Shown: positions 1 to 11,637 of the stretch, in pieces
Layout: every line of letters starts with the position of its first letter
Position numbering within the stretch: position 1 is the first letter of the stretch
From: Mobula hypostoma
Lineage: Eukaryota
Assembly: GCF_963921235.1 (NCBI RefSeq)
Contig: NC_086108.1
Location: forward strand, 96,784,001-96,848,000
Reading direction: 5' to 3'
Length of the DNA: 64,000 nucleotides
The notes under the pieces: model-generated
The model's input: the letters and a program-made list of their open reading frames with translations, nothing else
The model's database searches: none
Told to the model about the DNA's origin: nothing
Translations under genes and position numbers: made by a program

Positions 1-603
1 AGATCAGTGATCCAAGATATAGGGAAATAAATGATAGACCCATACAAGCATTGCAATATCACAAATCCCGACAACTGTACAATCAAGTTGATAGAAGAGA
101 AATGCATTATTACATTTTCAATAGCATTAAAACAGCAATGTTTGCCACTGTACTTAGAAGACACAGAGGTGGAAATCTTTGAGATATTCATTTATAAAAT
201 TCCAGAATAGCTCAGTTGTGTTTTCCTGTGTGATGCCAGTATCATCATGGCATTCTCCATTATCTCATCTTGTTCTCGCAGTTTCTGGGATTTATTATTG
301 CAAGTGTGACCTTGCAGCCACTTTTTAATGGGGTGGGGCAAAAGATACAAGCCGCATTCTTTCAGCTAATGAAAGGATGTTGAGTTGATGGGAGGGCTTA
401 AAGTGTTGGGATCAAAGCACCCTGGACAGGCTCCTGAAGAACAGTGCCTGCAGGAGGCATGTTCTTTGTGTACAGGCTCGTGCAGATCCTTCATCTCTAC
501 AAACTGGCCAGTTATCGCGTGCATTAAAGCGTGGGCATTCATATGCTGTACTATAAATGGGAAAATGCAATGCCTGCTCTGGCTGCACCAGTAACTTCCA
601 GAA

Positions 604-760
604 GTAAGAGAAAAGCAGAAAATGCTGGAAATACTCAGGTTTGGGAAAAGTCAATGCTTCAGGTCAACCTCAGAACCTCTTCCCGCTGATATGGCCTGAA
701 CTGCTGAGTATTTTCAGCATTTTCTGTTTTTTTATATTTCTAGTATTTGCAATTATTTTT
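604..760. mobile_element. Old PLE-derived short fold-back repeat
   Basis: GCAGAAAATGCTGGAAATACTCAG (about 616-638) is inverted against CTGAGTATTTTCAGCATTTTCTG (about 704-726); resembles the PLE terminal repeat seen elsewhere in the window. Confidence 0.6.
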
Positions 761-1483
761 AAATGTTCACTTGATGAAGGAGTAACAGATGATATTCCCA
801 AATTCAGCAATGAGCAGCTGGCTGTGCAAAATGGCAGGTGGCCCAGAATAATTTTGAAGCTCAGAAACTCAAAGTAACTGTGTCCCTGAACTCCATTGGC
901 AGGGCACCTGTGAGGATTTATTTGATGCTGCAGGTCACTGATCTTAGGAAAAAGAATGTAGTTTGAGTATTGGACCTTGGAATATTGAGTTATTTGTTGG
1001 TGAAAAATGGTTCATAAAAGTTAGGTGAATTCAAGTGAGTACAGTTGTTTTCTTAGACCATTAACTTTGAAGATCTAACTTGAGAAAGTTTTAAATGGAG
1101 TACCTCTATTGTAAAAATTCAAGTAGTTCTAGGCTAGGAGAAAGGCACTAAAACAAATTAAAATTTCACTAAAAAGTTGGTCAATTTTTTCAAATGCTGG
1201 ATCCACAGAAATGTACGCAAAAACTTGTGTCTCTCTTTTTTAGCTAATTTTCAAGTGCCCAATGGTTTCTGTAAAGTTGTGTAGAGAATTTTGAGCCAAT
1301 AACTCTGCTGTAGACTGCAAAAGAATGTTGGGAAGAGTGAAATAATAAAATAAAACAAAATAGAAAATAAAACCACAAAAATCAATAATTTGACAAATCC
1401 ATGAAAAATAAATGTGAATGTAAATTATGCAATGGATATCATTGAGTTGGGCATAATTTTTCTTTAATTTTGATAATCTAATC

Positions 1484-2685
1484 CAGTGGTCCCCAACCAC
1501 CGGGCCACAAAGCCTGTGCTACCGGGCCGCGAGGAAACGATATGATTTGGCGATATGAGTCAGCTGCACCTTTCCTCATTCCCTGTCACGTCCACTGTTG
1601 AATTTGAACGCACGCGAGGTCATTACCCGCGCGTCAACCATGTTAGCGCGGGAAGGAGATCAACTCCTCGACCTTGCAAATGACGGCGGGCTGAAAAGTA
1701 TGTTTCACATAACATCTTTGCCGGCATTTTGGATCAAAGGCAATGCTGAATATCCTGAGATAGCCACGAAAGCACTAAAAATGTTGCTTCCATTTCCAAC
1801 ATATCTCTGCAATGAATGTGATGAAAACTAAATTGCGGAATAGACTGGACATAAGGAACCCCCTTCGAGTGTTGCTGTCACCCATCACACCTCGATGGGA
1901 CTGTCTTGTTGCAGGGAATCAAGCCCAGGGCTCCCACTGATTCAGCGATTTTGGTGTGTTGCAATGATTTTATATGTTCATACGGGGAAAATATGTGCTG
2001 TGTATTTAATATCCAGACGTTACTTAAAATGTTATGATGCTATTGACTTATAAGTGACTTATATAACCATAACAGCACAGAAACAGGCGATCTCGGCCCT
2101 CCTAGTTCGTGCCGAACGCTACTCTCACCTAGTCCCACCGACCTGCACTCAGCCCATAACCCTCCGTTCCTTTCCTGTCCATATACCTATCCAATTTTTC
2201 TTTAAATGATAATATCGAACCTGCCTCTACCACTTCTACTGGAAGTTTGTTCAACACTTACTTCAAGCTCCCCTGTCCTTCCCTGATAATTGACTTATCA
2301 CTATATTCATACGAGGAAGATATGCGCTGTGTGTTCAATACTAAATTTGTTAGATAAATCCTTTTAGAAACGAAATTGAGTGTATTAGCCACTTATCACT
2401 TATATTCCGGTTGTGATAACCCCCCCCCCCGAACAGAATCGCCAAAAACAATTTGTAGAAAAAAATCGGCATGTACATGCATGCGCAAGTTACGCATGCG
2501 TACTGGTGCCTGCGCAAGGCATCATGGTCATTGTAGTCTTTCTCGGGGTAAACGCAACGTATTTGACTGCTACTCTTGTCTGTTGGCAACCCTACCCCCC
2601 CCCCCCGCCTCCCGGTTCGGCCGGTCCGCAAGAATATTGTCAATAATAAACCAGTCTGCGTTGCAAAAAAGGTTGGGGGCCCCTG
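1484..2685 (+). mobile_element. Non-autonomous hAT (Charlie/Buster group, Charlie3/MER1-like) DNA transposon
   Basis: TIRs CAGTGGTCCCCAACC / GGTTGGGGGCCCCTG; perfect 8-bp TSD ATCTAATC (1476-1483, 2686-2693) with central TA; hAT C-terminal dimerisation remnant (LANDGGLKSMF...FWIK..EYPEIATKALKMLLPFPTYLC...PRWD.LVAG.QAQGSH*) at about 1640-1940. Confidence 0.92.
2070..2258 (-). mobile_element. CR1 LINE 3' end fragment carried inside the hAT element
   Basis: The reverse complement reads as a CR1 terminus (..TTTAAAGAAAAATTGGATAGGTATATGGACAGGAAAGG..GGGCC..CCTGTTTCTGTGCTG); the same piece sits at the same place in the second hAT copy (about 40385-40570). Confidence 0.8.
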
Positions 2686-3154
2686 ATCTAATCTCAGTTT
2701 TTATTCATTTTTGTTTAGGACTAAATTCTTAATTTGCTACTTTATCATTTAGAAAGAAATCATAGATTATAAGGAATAGACTATTCTTGAACCTGTTGTT
2801 TAGAATTTTAAGTACCATTGACTGAACAAATTAAGGCTTGCAATTGTATGTAATTATGGATTAGGTAGCCTGTAAATTCCATGAATCCTAGCACAATAAA
2901 AATGTTGTGACAGTCACATTGACCAAAAATGATAGGCATAACAATTGAAATTTCTGAATATTTCATTGAAAATTATTTTTGGTTAAATGACAATCATTAA
3001 ACATCTGTAATTTGTACCGTTAAACCCATTAATTTGTTGCATTTGATGTCAAATGAAGAAACAATTGACAATGTTATTTGTAGTCAAGTATTTGGCCATG
3101 TTTTTGAAGTTGAAAATCTGACTCAAGGTTTGGTTCTGGTGTTCTTGGGAAATA

Positions 3155-3568
3155 AAGCTTCATTTGTAAGGCCAGTGATGTTGTGGGGATGGAACGGGGC
3201 TCTCTCGTGGTGGTGTCTGAAAAGAGAATGCTGTCTAAGTTGTATGCCATCTTGGTCAATGTCTCCCATCCGCTACATAATGGACTGGGTGGGCATAGGA
3301 GTACATTCAGCCAGAGACTCATTCTACCGAGATGCAGCACAGAGCATCAGAGGAAGTCATTCCTGCCTGTGGCCATCAAACTTTCCAACTCCTCCCTTGG
3401 AGGGTCAGACATCCTGAGCCAATAGGCTGGTCTTGGACTTATTTCATAATTTACTGGCATAATTTACATATTACTATTTAACTATTTATGGTTCTATTAC
3501 TATTTATTATTTATGGAGCAACTGTAACGAAAACCAATTTCCCCCGGGATTAATAAAGTATGACTATT
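3155..3568 (+). mobile_element. Rex/Babar-like LINE 3' fragment
   Basis: ORF 3183..3425 (VSEKRMLSKL..SHPLH...RCSTE..RKSFLPVAIKL.NSS) resembles a Rex1-type ORF C-terminus; ends CCCCGGGATTAATAAAGTATGACTAT. The same tail occurs inverted at about 27843-27890. Confidence 0.75.
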
Positions 3569-4143
3569 GTAAACTACAGTGTAGAAATGCTGGCCTAGAA
3601 GTTTTATTTGCACAACTTTTTAAAAAAAAAACCAATGCTCTGCTGTTGAAAACCAGTTTAACCCAAAATAGCAGAATTTTGCACATATTTCAAGGCATGT
3701 TTATGCCTACCAGGAAATTTACCTTCCATTTTTTCTCAGGATTCTCATTTGCCCAAGAACATTTTTTTCTCTAGTGTAAAACTCTGCTAAATGTTGTCAC
3801 AAATAGTGCAAGATCTAAAATTCATTGGCAGTGATATCTCACTGATCTATAGAATAGTCCTAATTTATTCACAGACCAACTGGGGGTTTGCTAAATCAGT
3901 TTCTCTTGAAACCATGTTGTTGAAAGAGCCAACATTCAACTGCTTTTCAGTGAGATCTGCATTCTGGAATTTCAAATACTGTCTTCAAATATTAATTTAA
4001 TGATGGAGGTTGCAGGCACTCAACCTCCTTCCTGTTTCCTCCAGCATTCGTGTATTTATTGCTCTATGTTCGGTGTTGAGGTAAGGAAAACTAATTTATT
4101 TCTCTGTCCATAAAAGAAGGCAAAATAGATAATGATAATTGCC

Positions 4144-4569
4144 AACACGAGGAAATCTGCAGATGCTGGAAATTCAAGCAACACACACGAAAATTGCTGG
4201 TGAACACAGCAGGCCAGGTAGCATCTATAGGAAGAGGTATAGTCGTCATTTCGGGCTGAGACCCTTCGTCAGGACTAACTGAAAGAAGAGATAGTAAGAG
4301 ATTTGAAAGTGGGAGGGGGAGATACAAAATGATAGAAGAAGACAAGTGAGGGAGGGATGGAGCTAAGAGCTGGAAAGTTGATTGGCAAAAGGGATACGAG
4401 GCTGGAGAAGGGAGAGGATCATGGGATGGGAGGCCTGGGGAGAAAGAGAAGGGGTTAGGTTGGAAGAATAACACCTTATATTCCGTCTGGGTTATCTCCA
4501 ACCTGATGGCATGAACATTGACTTCTCTAACTTCCATTAATGCCCCACCTCCCCTTCGTATCCCATCCT

Positions 4570-4604
<35 letters not shown>

Positions 4605-4904
4605 TTATTTTTCTGTCTTTCCTTCCTCTGTTCCTCTCACTATAACTCCTTGCCCATCCTCTGGGCTCCTTTACCCCTTTCTTTCTCCCTCGGCCTCCCA
4701 TCCCATGATCCTCTCCCTTCTCCAGCCGATCAACTTTCCAGCTCTTAGTTCCATGCCTCCCCCTCCTGTCTTCTCCTATCATTTCGGATCTCCCCCTCCC
4801 CTTCCCACTTTCAAATCTCTTACTATATCTTCTTTCAGTTGGTCCTGACGAAGGGTCTCAGCCCGAAACGTCGACTGTACCTCTTCCTAAGATGCTGCCT
4901 GGCC
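4144..4904. mobile_element. PLE-derived fold-back insertion (inverted pLTR + GIY-YIG C-terminus + pLTR)
   Basis: About 4210-4455 is the inverted copy of about 4670-4904; the centre encodes the PLE C-terminal motif (L.F.LGYLQPDGMNIDF); 14-bp TSD TAATGATAATTGCC at 4130-4143 and 4905-4918. Confidence 0.88.
4840..4877 (+). ncRNA. Minimal type I hammerhead ribozyme in PLE terminal repeat
   Basis: UGGUC-CUGACGA-A-GGG(UCUCAG)CCC-GAAA-CG-UC^GACUG: intact CUGANGA/GAAA core, stem II, palindromic ACGU mini stem III, GUC cleavage triplet at 4870-4872, and stem I pairing UGGUC with GACUG. Confidence 0.82.
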
Positions 4905-5239
4905 TAATGATAATTGCCTATTTTGTATGCTTTCTTTATGGTGACCTCACTTGCATTTTCCTGGCAGGAGTGCCTGGATACAGCCCTGAATTTTGAACTA
5001 TGAAAGAGGCTGTGTGATTCCATGCCCAAAGAACATGCCTTCTGTCCAGGAGCACTACTTCAACCCACCTTGTCCATCTTTGGAGCATCCATTCATTCAG
5101 TGGTAACACACCTTTTGAATTTGTTAAGATCTGGCTGTTGCGGTTATACATGCAGGGTAAATGCTGGCAGCTACATGAACACAAGATTGATCATTTCGAG
5201 AACAGGGAACTAAAACAGATAATAAATTTTTAGTGTTTA

Positions 5240-6883
5240 GTGAGGTACTTTGCATCTGTCTTCACTAGGGAAGACACAAACAATCTCCCAGGTATAATAG
5301 TGGCCAAAAGACCGAGGGTAATGGATGAACTGAAGGAAATTTATATTAGACAGGAAATGGTGTTGGATAGACTGTTGGGTCTGAAGGCTGATAAGTCCCC
5401 GGGACCTGATGGTCTGCATCCCAGGGTACTTAAGGTGGTGGCTTTAGAAATCATGGACGCATTGGTAATCATTTTCCAATGTTCTATAGATTCAGGTTCA
5501 GTTCCTATGGATTGGAAGGTGGCTAATGTTGTCCCTCTCTTCAAGAAGGGAGGAAGAGAGAAAACAGGGAATTATAGACCGGTTAGCCTGATGTCGGTGG
5601 TGGGAAAGATGCTGGAGTCAATTGTAAAAGATGAAATTACGACACATCTGGATAGCAGTAACAGGATTGGTCCGAGTCAGCATGGATTTACGAAGGGGGA
5701 ATCGTGCTTGACTAATCTTCTGGAATTTTTTGAGGATGTAACTATGAAAATGGACAAGGGAGAGCCAGTGGATGTAGTGTACCTGGACTTTCAGAAAGCC
5801 TTTGATAAAGTCCCACATAGGAGATTAGTGGGCAAAATTAGGGCACATGGTATTGGAGGCAGAGTACTGACGTGGATTGAAAATTGGCTGGCTGACAGAA
5901 AACAAAGAGTAGCGTCTAACAGGTCCCTGTTGGAATGGCAGGCGGTGACCAGTGGGGTACCGCAGGGTTCTGTGCTGGGACCACAGCGGTTTACAATATA
6001 TATTAACAATTTAGATGAGGGAATTAAAAGTAACATTAGCAAATTTGCCGATGACACAAAGCTGGGTGGCAGTATGAAATGTGAGGAGGATGTTATGAGA
6101 ATGCAGGGTGACTTGGACAGGCTGGGTGAGTGGGCAGATGCATGGCAGATGCAGTTTAATGTGGATAAATGTGAGGTTATCCACTTTGGTGGTAAGAACA
6201 GGAAGGCAGATTATTATCTAAATGGAGTCAAGTTAGGAAAAGGGGAAGTACAACGAGATCTAGGTGTTCTTGTACATCAGTCACTGAAAGCAAGCATGCA
6301 AGTACAGCAGGCAGTGAAGAAAGCTAATGGCATGCTGGCCTTCATAACAAGGGGAACTGAATATAAGAGCAAAGAGGTTCTTCTGCAGCTGTACAGGGCC
6401 CTGGTGAGACCACACCTGGAGTACTGTGTGCAGTTTTGGTCTCCAAATTTGAGGAAGGATATTCTTGCTATTGAGGGAGTGCAGCGTAGGTTCACAAGGT
6501 TAATTCCCAGGATGGCGGGACTGTCATATGTCGAAAGATTGGAGCGACTGGGCTTGTATACTCTGGAATTTAGAAGGCTGGGAGGGGATCTTATTGAAAC
6601 ATATAAGATTATTAAGGGATTGGACACACTGCAGGCAGGAAGCATGCTCCTGCCTATGGGTGAGTCCAGAACCAGAGGCCACAGTTTAAGAATAAGGGGT
6701 AGGCCATTTAGAATGGAGTTGAGGAAAATCTTTTTCACCCAGAGAGTGGTGGATGTATGGAATGCTCTGCCCCAGAAGTCAGTGGAGACCAAGTCTCTGG
6801 ATGCTTTCAAAAAAGAGATGGATAGAGCTCTTAAAGATAGTGGAATCAAAGGTTATGGGGATAAGGCAGGAACTGGATACTGA
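5240..6883 (+). CDS. CR1 ORF2 fragment (reverse transcriptase + C-terminal domain), 547 aa, no native start
   Basis: Motifs KSPGPDG, NYRPVSL, YLDFQKAFDKV, GVPQGSVLGP, FADD, LVRPHLEYCVQFWSP, RTRGHSL. Confidence 0.93.
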   Translation: MRYFASVFTREDTNNLPGIIVAKRPRVMDELKEIYIRQEMVLDRLLGLKADKSPGPDGLHPRVLKVVALEIMDALVIIFQCSIDSGSVPMDWKVANVVPLFKKGGREKTGNYRPVSLMSVVGKMLESIVKDEITTHLDSSNRIGPSQHGFTKGESCLTNLLEFFEDVTMKMDKGEPVDVVYLDFQKAFDKVPHRRLVGKIRAHGIGGRVLTWIENWLADRKQRVASNRSLLEWQAVTSGVPQGSVLGPQRFTIYINNLDEGIKSNISKFADDTKLGGSMKCEEDVMRMQGDLDRLGEWADAWQMQFNVDKCEVIHFGGKNRKADYYLNGVKLGKGEVQRDLGVLVHQSLKASMQVQQAVKKANGMLAFITRGTEYKSKEVLLQLYRALVRPHLEYCVQFWSPNLRKDILAIEGVQRRFTRLIPRMAGLSYVERLERLGLYTLEFRRLGGDLIETYKIIKGLDTLQAGSMLLPMGESRTRGHSLRIRGRPFRMELRKIFFTQRVVDVWNALPQKSVETKSLDAFKKEMDRALKDSGIKGYGDKAGTGY

Positions 6884-6967
6884 TTGTGGATGATCAGCCA
6901 TGATCACAGTGAATGCTGGTGCTGGCTCGAAGGACCGAATGGCCTACTCCTGCATCTATTGTCTATT
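5243..6967 (+). mobile_element. CR1 LINE, 5'-truncated, young
   Basis: Contains an open RT frame followed by a CR1 3' UTR (GGCTCGAAGGACCGAATGGCCTACTCCTGC) and a CTATTGTCTATT tail. Confidence 0.95.
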
Positions 6968-7808
6968 CCAAGCAAACCTGGTAGTACTGTTCATTGAAAC
7001 TTGGACTGGAAGATTTTGATCTTTTTGTGACTTTTCACGAAGTGTGTTGGTGCAATCCAGCAGCTATTGATGTCAAACATTTTCTCATCCAGTTTCTTTC
7101 TTCCTTCTGAAAGAGGAACTATTCATATACTTCTACAGATGACAGCAGCCCCTGCTATGTCACCTTTGTGACCATTTTGTCAATCAGCAGTCAGGTGCAG
7201 CAGATGTGATGACAGGGGGGGAAGCAATGAAACACTGAGCATGAGCTCAGTTGATTCCAAGCCCAAACCCAAAGTCTGCAGATAACATGCCCACTCACTT
7301 AATCAGCTGACTTCTGTTGTTACTTGTCCATGTTTGCAGACAAGCTTTTTCTAGCAGTTTAAATGGAAAACCTGTTTATGGGACAGGACAGGTGGACTAG
7401 TATGAAAGTGGAAAAGGGGAATGCTCACATGATGTTAGGAATATGAAGAGAACAAGAAAAGAATATCTGTGGTGTGTGGGGAGAGCAGATGTGTTAAAGA
7501 ACAAAATCAGTTTGAACTAAAGTGTAAAAGAATACATGCTATTTGAAAGTTGAGCTTTGGACTTGGAGTCACAGTTGAGAAGCCTCTTTTTCACTGAACT
7601 GGATGGATTGTTTGAGATTCTGTTAGTTCTGTGAACTGAGGCAAAGATTTAAATCTTTGAGGAAGAGATTGTCTGATTGGCCTAGATGCTGCTCGTATCA
7701 CATTTCTGGTTTTAAACAAAAAATAAGAACCTGCAAACCACAACCTTAGGGAGATGTTACAAAGGTGCCACTTGAGTGTGCAAACTGAGGAATAATCAGT
7801 TTTACATA

Positions 7809-9329
7809 CAGTGCCTGAAAAAAAAGTATTCAACTCCCCCTTGGAAGTTTTCATGTTTTATTGTTTTACAACATTGAATCACAGTGGATTTAATTTGGCT
7901 TTTTTGACACTGATCAACAGAAAAAGATACCTTCATGTCGAAGTGAAAACAGATCTCTTAAAAAGTGATCTAAATTAATTATAAATGTAAACTACAAAAT
8001 AATTGATTGCATAATTACAAACCCCACTCAAGACAGAATTTGGTAGATGTACCTTTTGCAGTTATTACAGCTCTGAGTCTGCATGGATAGGCCTATATTA
8101 GCTTTGTATATCTGGTCTGCAATTTTTCTCCATTCTTCTTTACAAAACTGCTCAACCTCTGTCTGATTGCATGGGGATTGTAAGTGAACAGCCCTTTTCA
8201 ATTCTAGCCACAAATGCTAAATTGGATTGAGATCTGGATTCTGACAGCCATTCCAGGACATTAACTTTGTTGTTTTTAAGCCATTCCTGCTTAAACTCTG
8301 GCTGCGATTTCATGTGAGTTTTTTTTTCCAACAGTGGCTTTCTCTTTAACACTCTCCCATAAAGCTGCAACTGCTGAAGCACCTGGACAACAGTTGTTGT
8401 ATGCCAAGTGTCTTCCCATCTCAGCCACTGAAGTTTGTAAATCCTATGGAGTTGTCATAGGTCTCTTTATTTGTGTACAAGAAGAGTCACCAACACAGAG
8501 GCTGTGTACAAGAAGGGCCAGAATCACCCCTACTTCCTGAGGGGACTGAGGTCCTTTGGAGTATGAAGACCTCTCCTTCACATCCATTCCTGTTAGACTG
8601 TGGTAACTTGAAATTTTTTTTCTACTTCTCTAATATTTATATCGGTGCACTTGTAATGTAACTGTGACACTACAATTTCCTTTGGGATCAATAAAGAACT
8701 ATCTATCTATCTATCTGCCTGTCTATCTTGGTGGCCTTCCTCACCAGTCCCCTTCTTGCATAGTCACTCAGTGTTTGAGGTTGGCCTGCACTGGGCAGAT
8801 TTACAGCTATGTCATATTCTTCCCATTTCTTGATGATTCACTTAACTGTATTCCAAGGGATAGTCAGTGACTTGGAAATTTGCTTTTCAATAACCTTTTT
8901 GCGGAGTTGATTGGAGTGTTCTCTTGTCTTCATGGTATAGTTTTTTTTGCCGGGATACTGACTCACCAGTAGTGGGACCTTCCAGATACAGGTGTATTTT
9001 TACTACAATCAATTGAAACGCCTTGACTGCACACGGGTGATCTCCATTTAACTAATTATGTGACTTCTAAATCCAATTGGCTGCACTAGTGATGATTTGG
9101 TGTGTCATATTAAAGCGGGTGAATACTTATACAATCAATTATTTTGTGTTTTATATTTGTAGTTAATTTGGATCCCTTTGTAGAGATCAGTTTTCACTTT
9201 GACATGAAAGATTTTTTTTTCTGTTGATCAATGTCAAAAAAAGCCAAATTAAATCCACTATGATTCAGTGTTGTAAAACGATAAAACATGATAACTTGTG
9301 AGGGTGGTGAATTCTTTTTATAGGTAGTG
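7809..9329 (-). mobile_element. Tc1-family DNA transposon (long IR/DR-type TIRs), internally deleted and decayed
   Basis: TA|CAGTGCC...GGTAGTG|TA; about 220-bp imperfect TIRs (7809-about 8025, about 9113-9329); minus-strand transposase remnants (WLKNNKVNVLEW; WLELKRAVH..SP.N..E.EQFCKEEW). Confidence 0.88.
8468..8726 (+). mobile_element. Rex/Babar-like LINE fragment nested in Tc1
   Basis: Ends TTTCCTTTGGGATCAATAAAG plus a (CTAT)n tail; interrupts Tc1 sequence GGTCTCTT|GGTGGCC. Confidence 0.65.
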
Positions 9330-9924
9330 TAGGTACTGAGGTACTTGTTTTCAAACAAAAGCATAGCCCAGTTTCTGCTTTCAAGTTAACCAGATATTAA
9401 ATAGAATTGTGCATTTCTATAAATTTGGTGTATACTTGTGCCACTGCACCATAACTACACTGTGCAAGTGATGGTTCTAGTGTGTAAAAAAAATGTAATG
9501 ACTAAATGTAGCAAGCATTAAAGTACTTGAAATTAGCTTGTGGGGTGCGTTTCTCTACCCTATAACAGTGACTGTGTGCCATTTGAGGTTGCCACTTTCC
9601 TATTGGAACTCAAGTGAAGGAAATTCACAAAGCTGACTCCTGTTTGGCAAGTGAAGCCCTTCAGTCATTAACTACAAACCTACACCTGGAAAAATGCTTT
9701 AAGAGCTGTGTAACCCAAGCATTGGTCTCATTGGCTGTAAAAAAATAGAGAATACTGCAGAAATATTACAATGCTATTAAAATCAGTTCCTTAAATATTA
9801 TTAAAATTTTTAATCAAGCACGTACTTATGGTAAAATATGCATTAGACATCAATTAAAAGTCAATAAATATGATACAATATGTAAGTCAATTGAAACCTG
9901 CTTCTGTCACTGCTAGCTATTCAG

Positions 9925-10095
9925 TCCTTTGAAGTGAAAGGAGTAGATGTACCATCAACAGATTTTCAGCCGAGATAGAGTTTCAATCTGAAACATTGAC
10001 TGTCCCATTTCCTGCCATAAATCTGCCTGGCCACTGGGTCCCTCCAGCAGTTTATTTTTTGCTGCACATTGGAGCTTCTGTAGTCTCTTGTCTCT
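9925..10095 (+). mobile_element. Decayed PLE terminal-repeat fragment
   Basis: CTGAAACATTGACTG...CTGCCTGGCC...CCTCCAGCAG similarity to the PLE ends in this window. Confidence 0.5.
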
Positions 10096-10894
10096 ACATT
10101 TCCCAGTTTAACTGCAAGAAGTTGGCGCTCTTCTGCTAATCAGCGTGAGGAATGTGTTCTGGAATGCAATCAGAATGGCAGCAGCAAATTCACCCCTCTT
10201 GGGATGTTCATGAGTGCTTTTTGGAAGTGGCTTGGATTGTTAATTTGGTCTGTCCACAAAATGGTGAGTACCACAGTCCTAAAGTCGCAGTGTAAATTCA
10301 AAGCCAAAGAGTAACCAATCATATAATAAGAAACGTGGCAGTAAAATGGTTTACTATTGCCACATATACTGAGCTACTGAGGAAAAACTTGTCTTGCCTA
10401 CTGTTCATACAGATTAATTCATTGCAACAGTGCATTGAGGCAGAACAAGGTAAAACTGTTACATAACATAGCATAATTTGTTACAGTTACAGAGAAAGTG
10501 TAGACCATAAGGTGCAAGGTCACATGCATGTAAAAGCTTTGCTTCCTTAGCAATAAAATTCATGTTACAGCTAATTATTGTAACCAAGCTAATACATGGC
10601 TGAAAAATGAACTGTACTTTGCAGACTCGGATCAACCGATGTAGTACAGATAAGCACATGGCATTGTTTACAGCCAACATTGCTCCAAAGTTGTCTTCAG
10701 ATTTTTAATAGATACCGATTGCATTGGCTTCTAACATCTTCATATTGTTCCCGCCTAATTGATGTTAAAGATAATTTGGGATAAAGACTAAGAGAAGATT
10801 AATAACAGAACTATTAAGCACTCTCTTCAGTTTTTATTGATACTGTATCCTATCACTTTTTCCACTGAAAATGTATACATGTTTAGCAATACCA

Positions 10895-11160
10895 CGCAGA
10901 GTAGACCCTTCCGGCCCTTCAAGCCACTCCACTTCGGTACCCCTGTCAGCCCCAATTAACCCTAACTTCATCATGGGACAGTTTACAATAACCAGTTAGC
11001 TTACCCTGAACGTCTTTGGACTATGGGAGGAAACTGGAGCACTTAGGGAGAAAACTCATACCTTCCATGGGGAAGACATACAGATAGTGCCAGAATAGAA
11101 CTGCTAGTTTCGATGCCCCAAGCTGTGATAGTGTTGCGTTAATCGCTGTACTACCATGTA
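10895..11160 (-). mobile_element. tRNA-derived V-SINE/HE1-like SINE
   Basis: V-domain-like TTTGGACTATGGGAGGAAACTGGAGCAC and CR1-like 3' tail; homologous to 29040, 46805 and 47940. Confidence 0.75.
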
Positions 11161-11637
11161 ATTTGACTGCTGTAAGTATTCAAAGATTGTCAACAGAAAC
11201 ATTGTATCATAAAATGTGCTCACTTGTTGTGTAGTGGAAATCTACTTGCCATATACAATAAATCCCTGATAAATCCATTTAGCAATTTGGGAGACAAATA
11301 CTGTGAAACCGAGATTAAGGAGTCACTGCTGGTTCAGTTGGCTTCAGAAACATCTGGGCATTAATTGCAAAACTGAAAATGCTGTCCCAGTGACTGGTCG
11401 TCATTGACATAGATATGACTGTGTGTGATATTTTTCTCTCTCTGTCAAAGCTTCATGCACTCTCACCAGTAGGACACACTCTTCAGTTCAGAGGCATGCA
11501 GTATGGACTGGCTGGAATCTTAGACGAGCCTTCAACATTGACATCAAATCAAAAACAAGCAAGGAAACCACGGTGATTTTCAATATACTGATGCATCTTT
11601 GTTTCTCCATGTTGTACAGCACTAAGGAAAAAAACCT

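Noticed and set aside
4240..4277. Minus-strand hammerheads at 4240-4277 and 57402-57439 as active ribozymes
   Set aside because: Core lesions: GAAAUGAC lacks the conserved U of the NUH triplet; the second copy has lost GAAA.
6277..6849. Antisense ORFs over CR1 and Gypsy coding regions (also 41765..42169, 36295..36744, 37087..37500)
   Set aside because: Shadow frames of TE coding sequence with no independent motifs.
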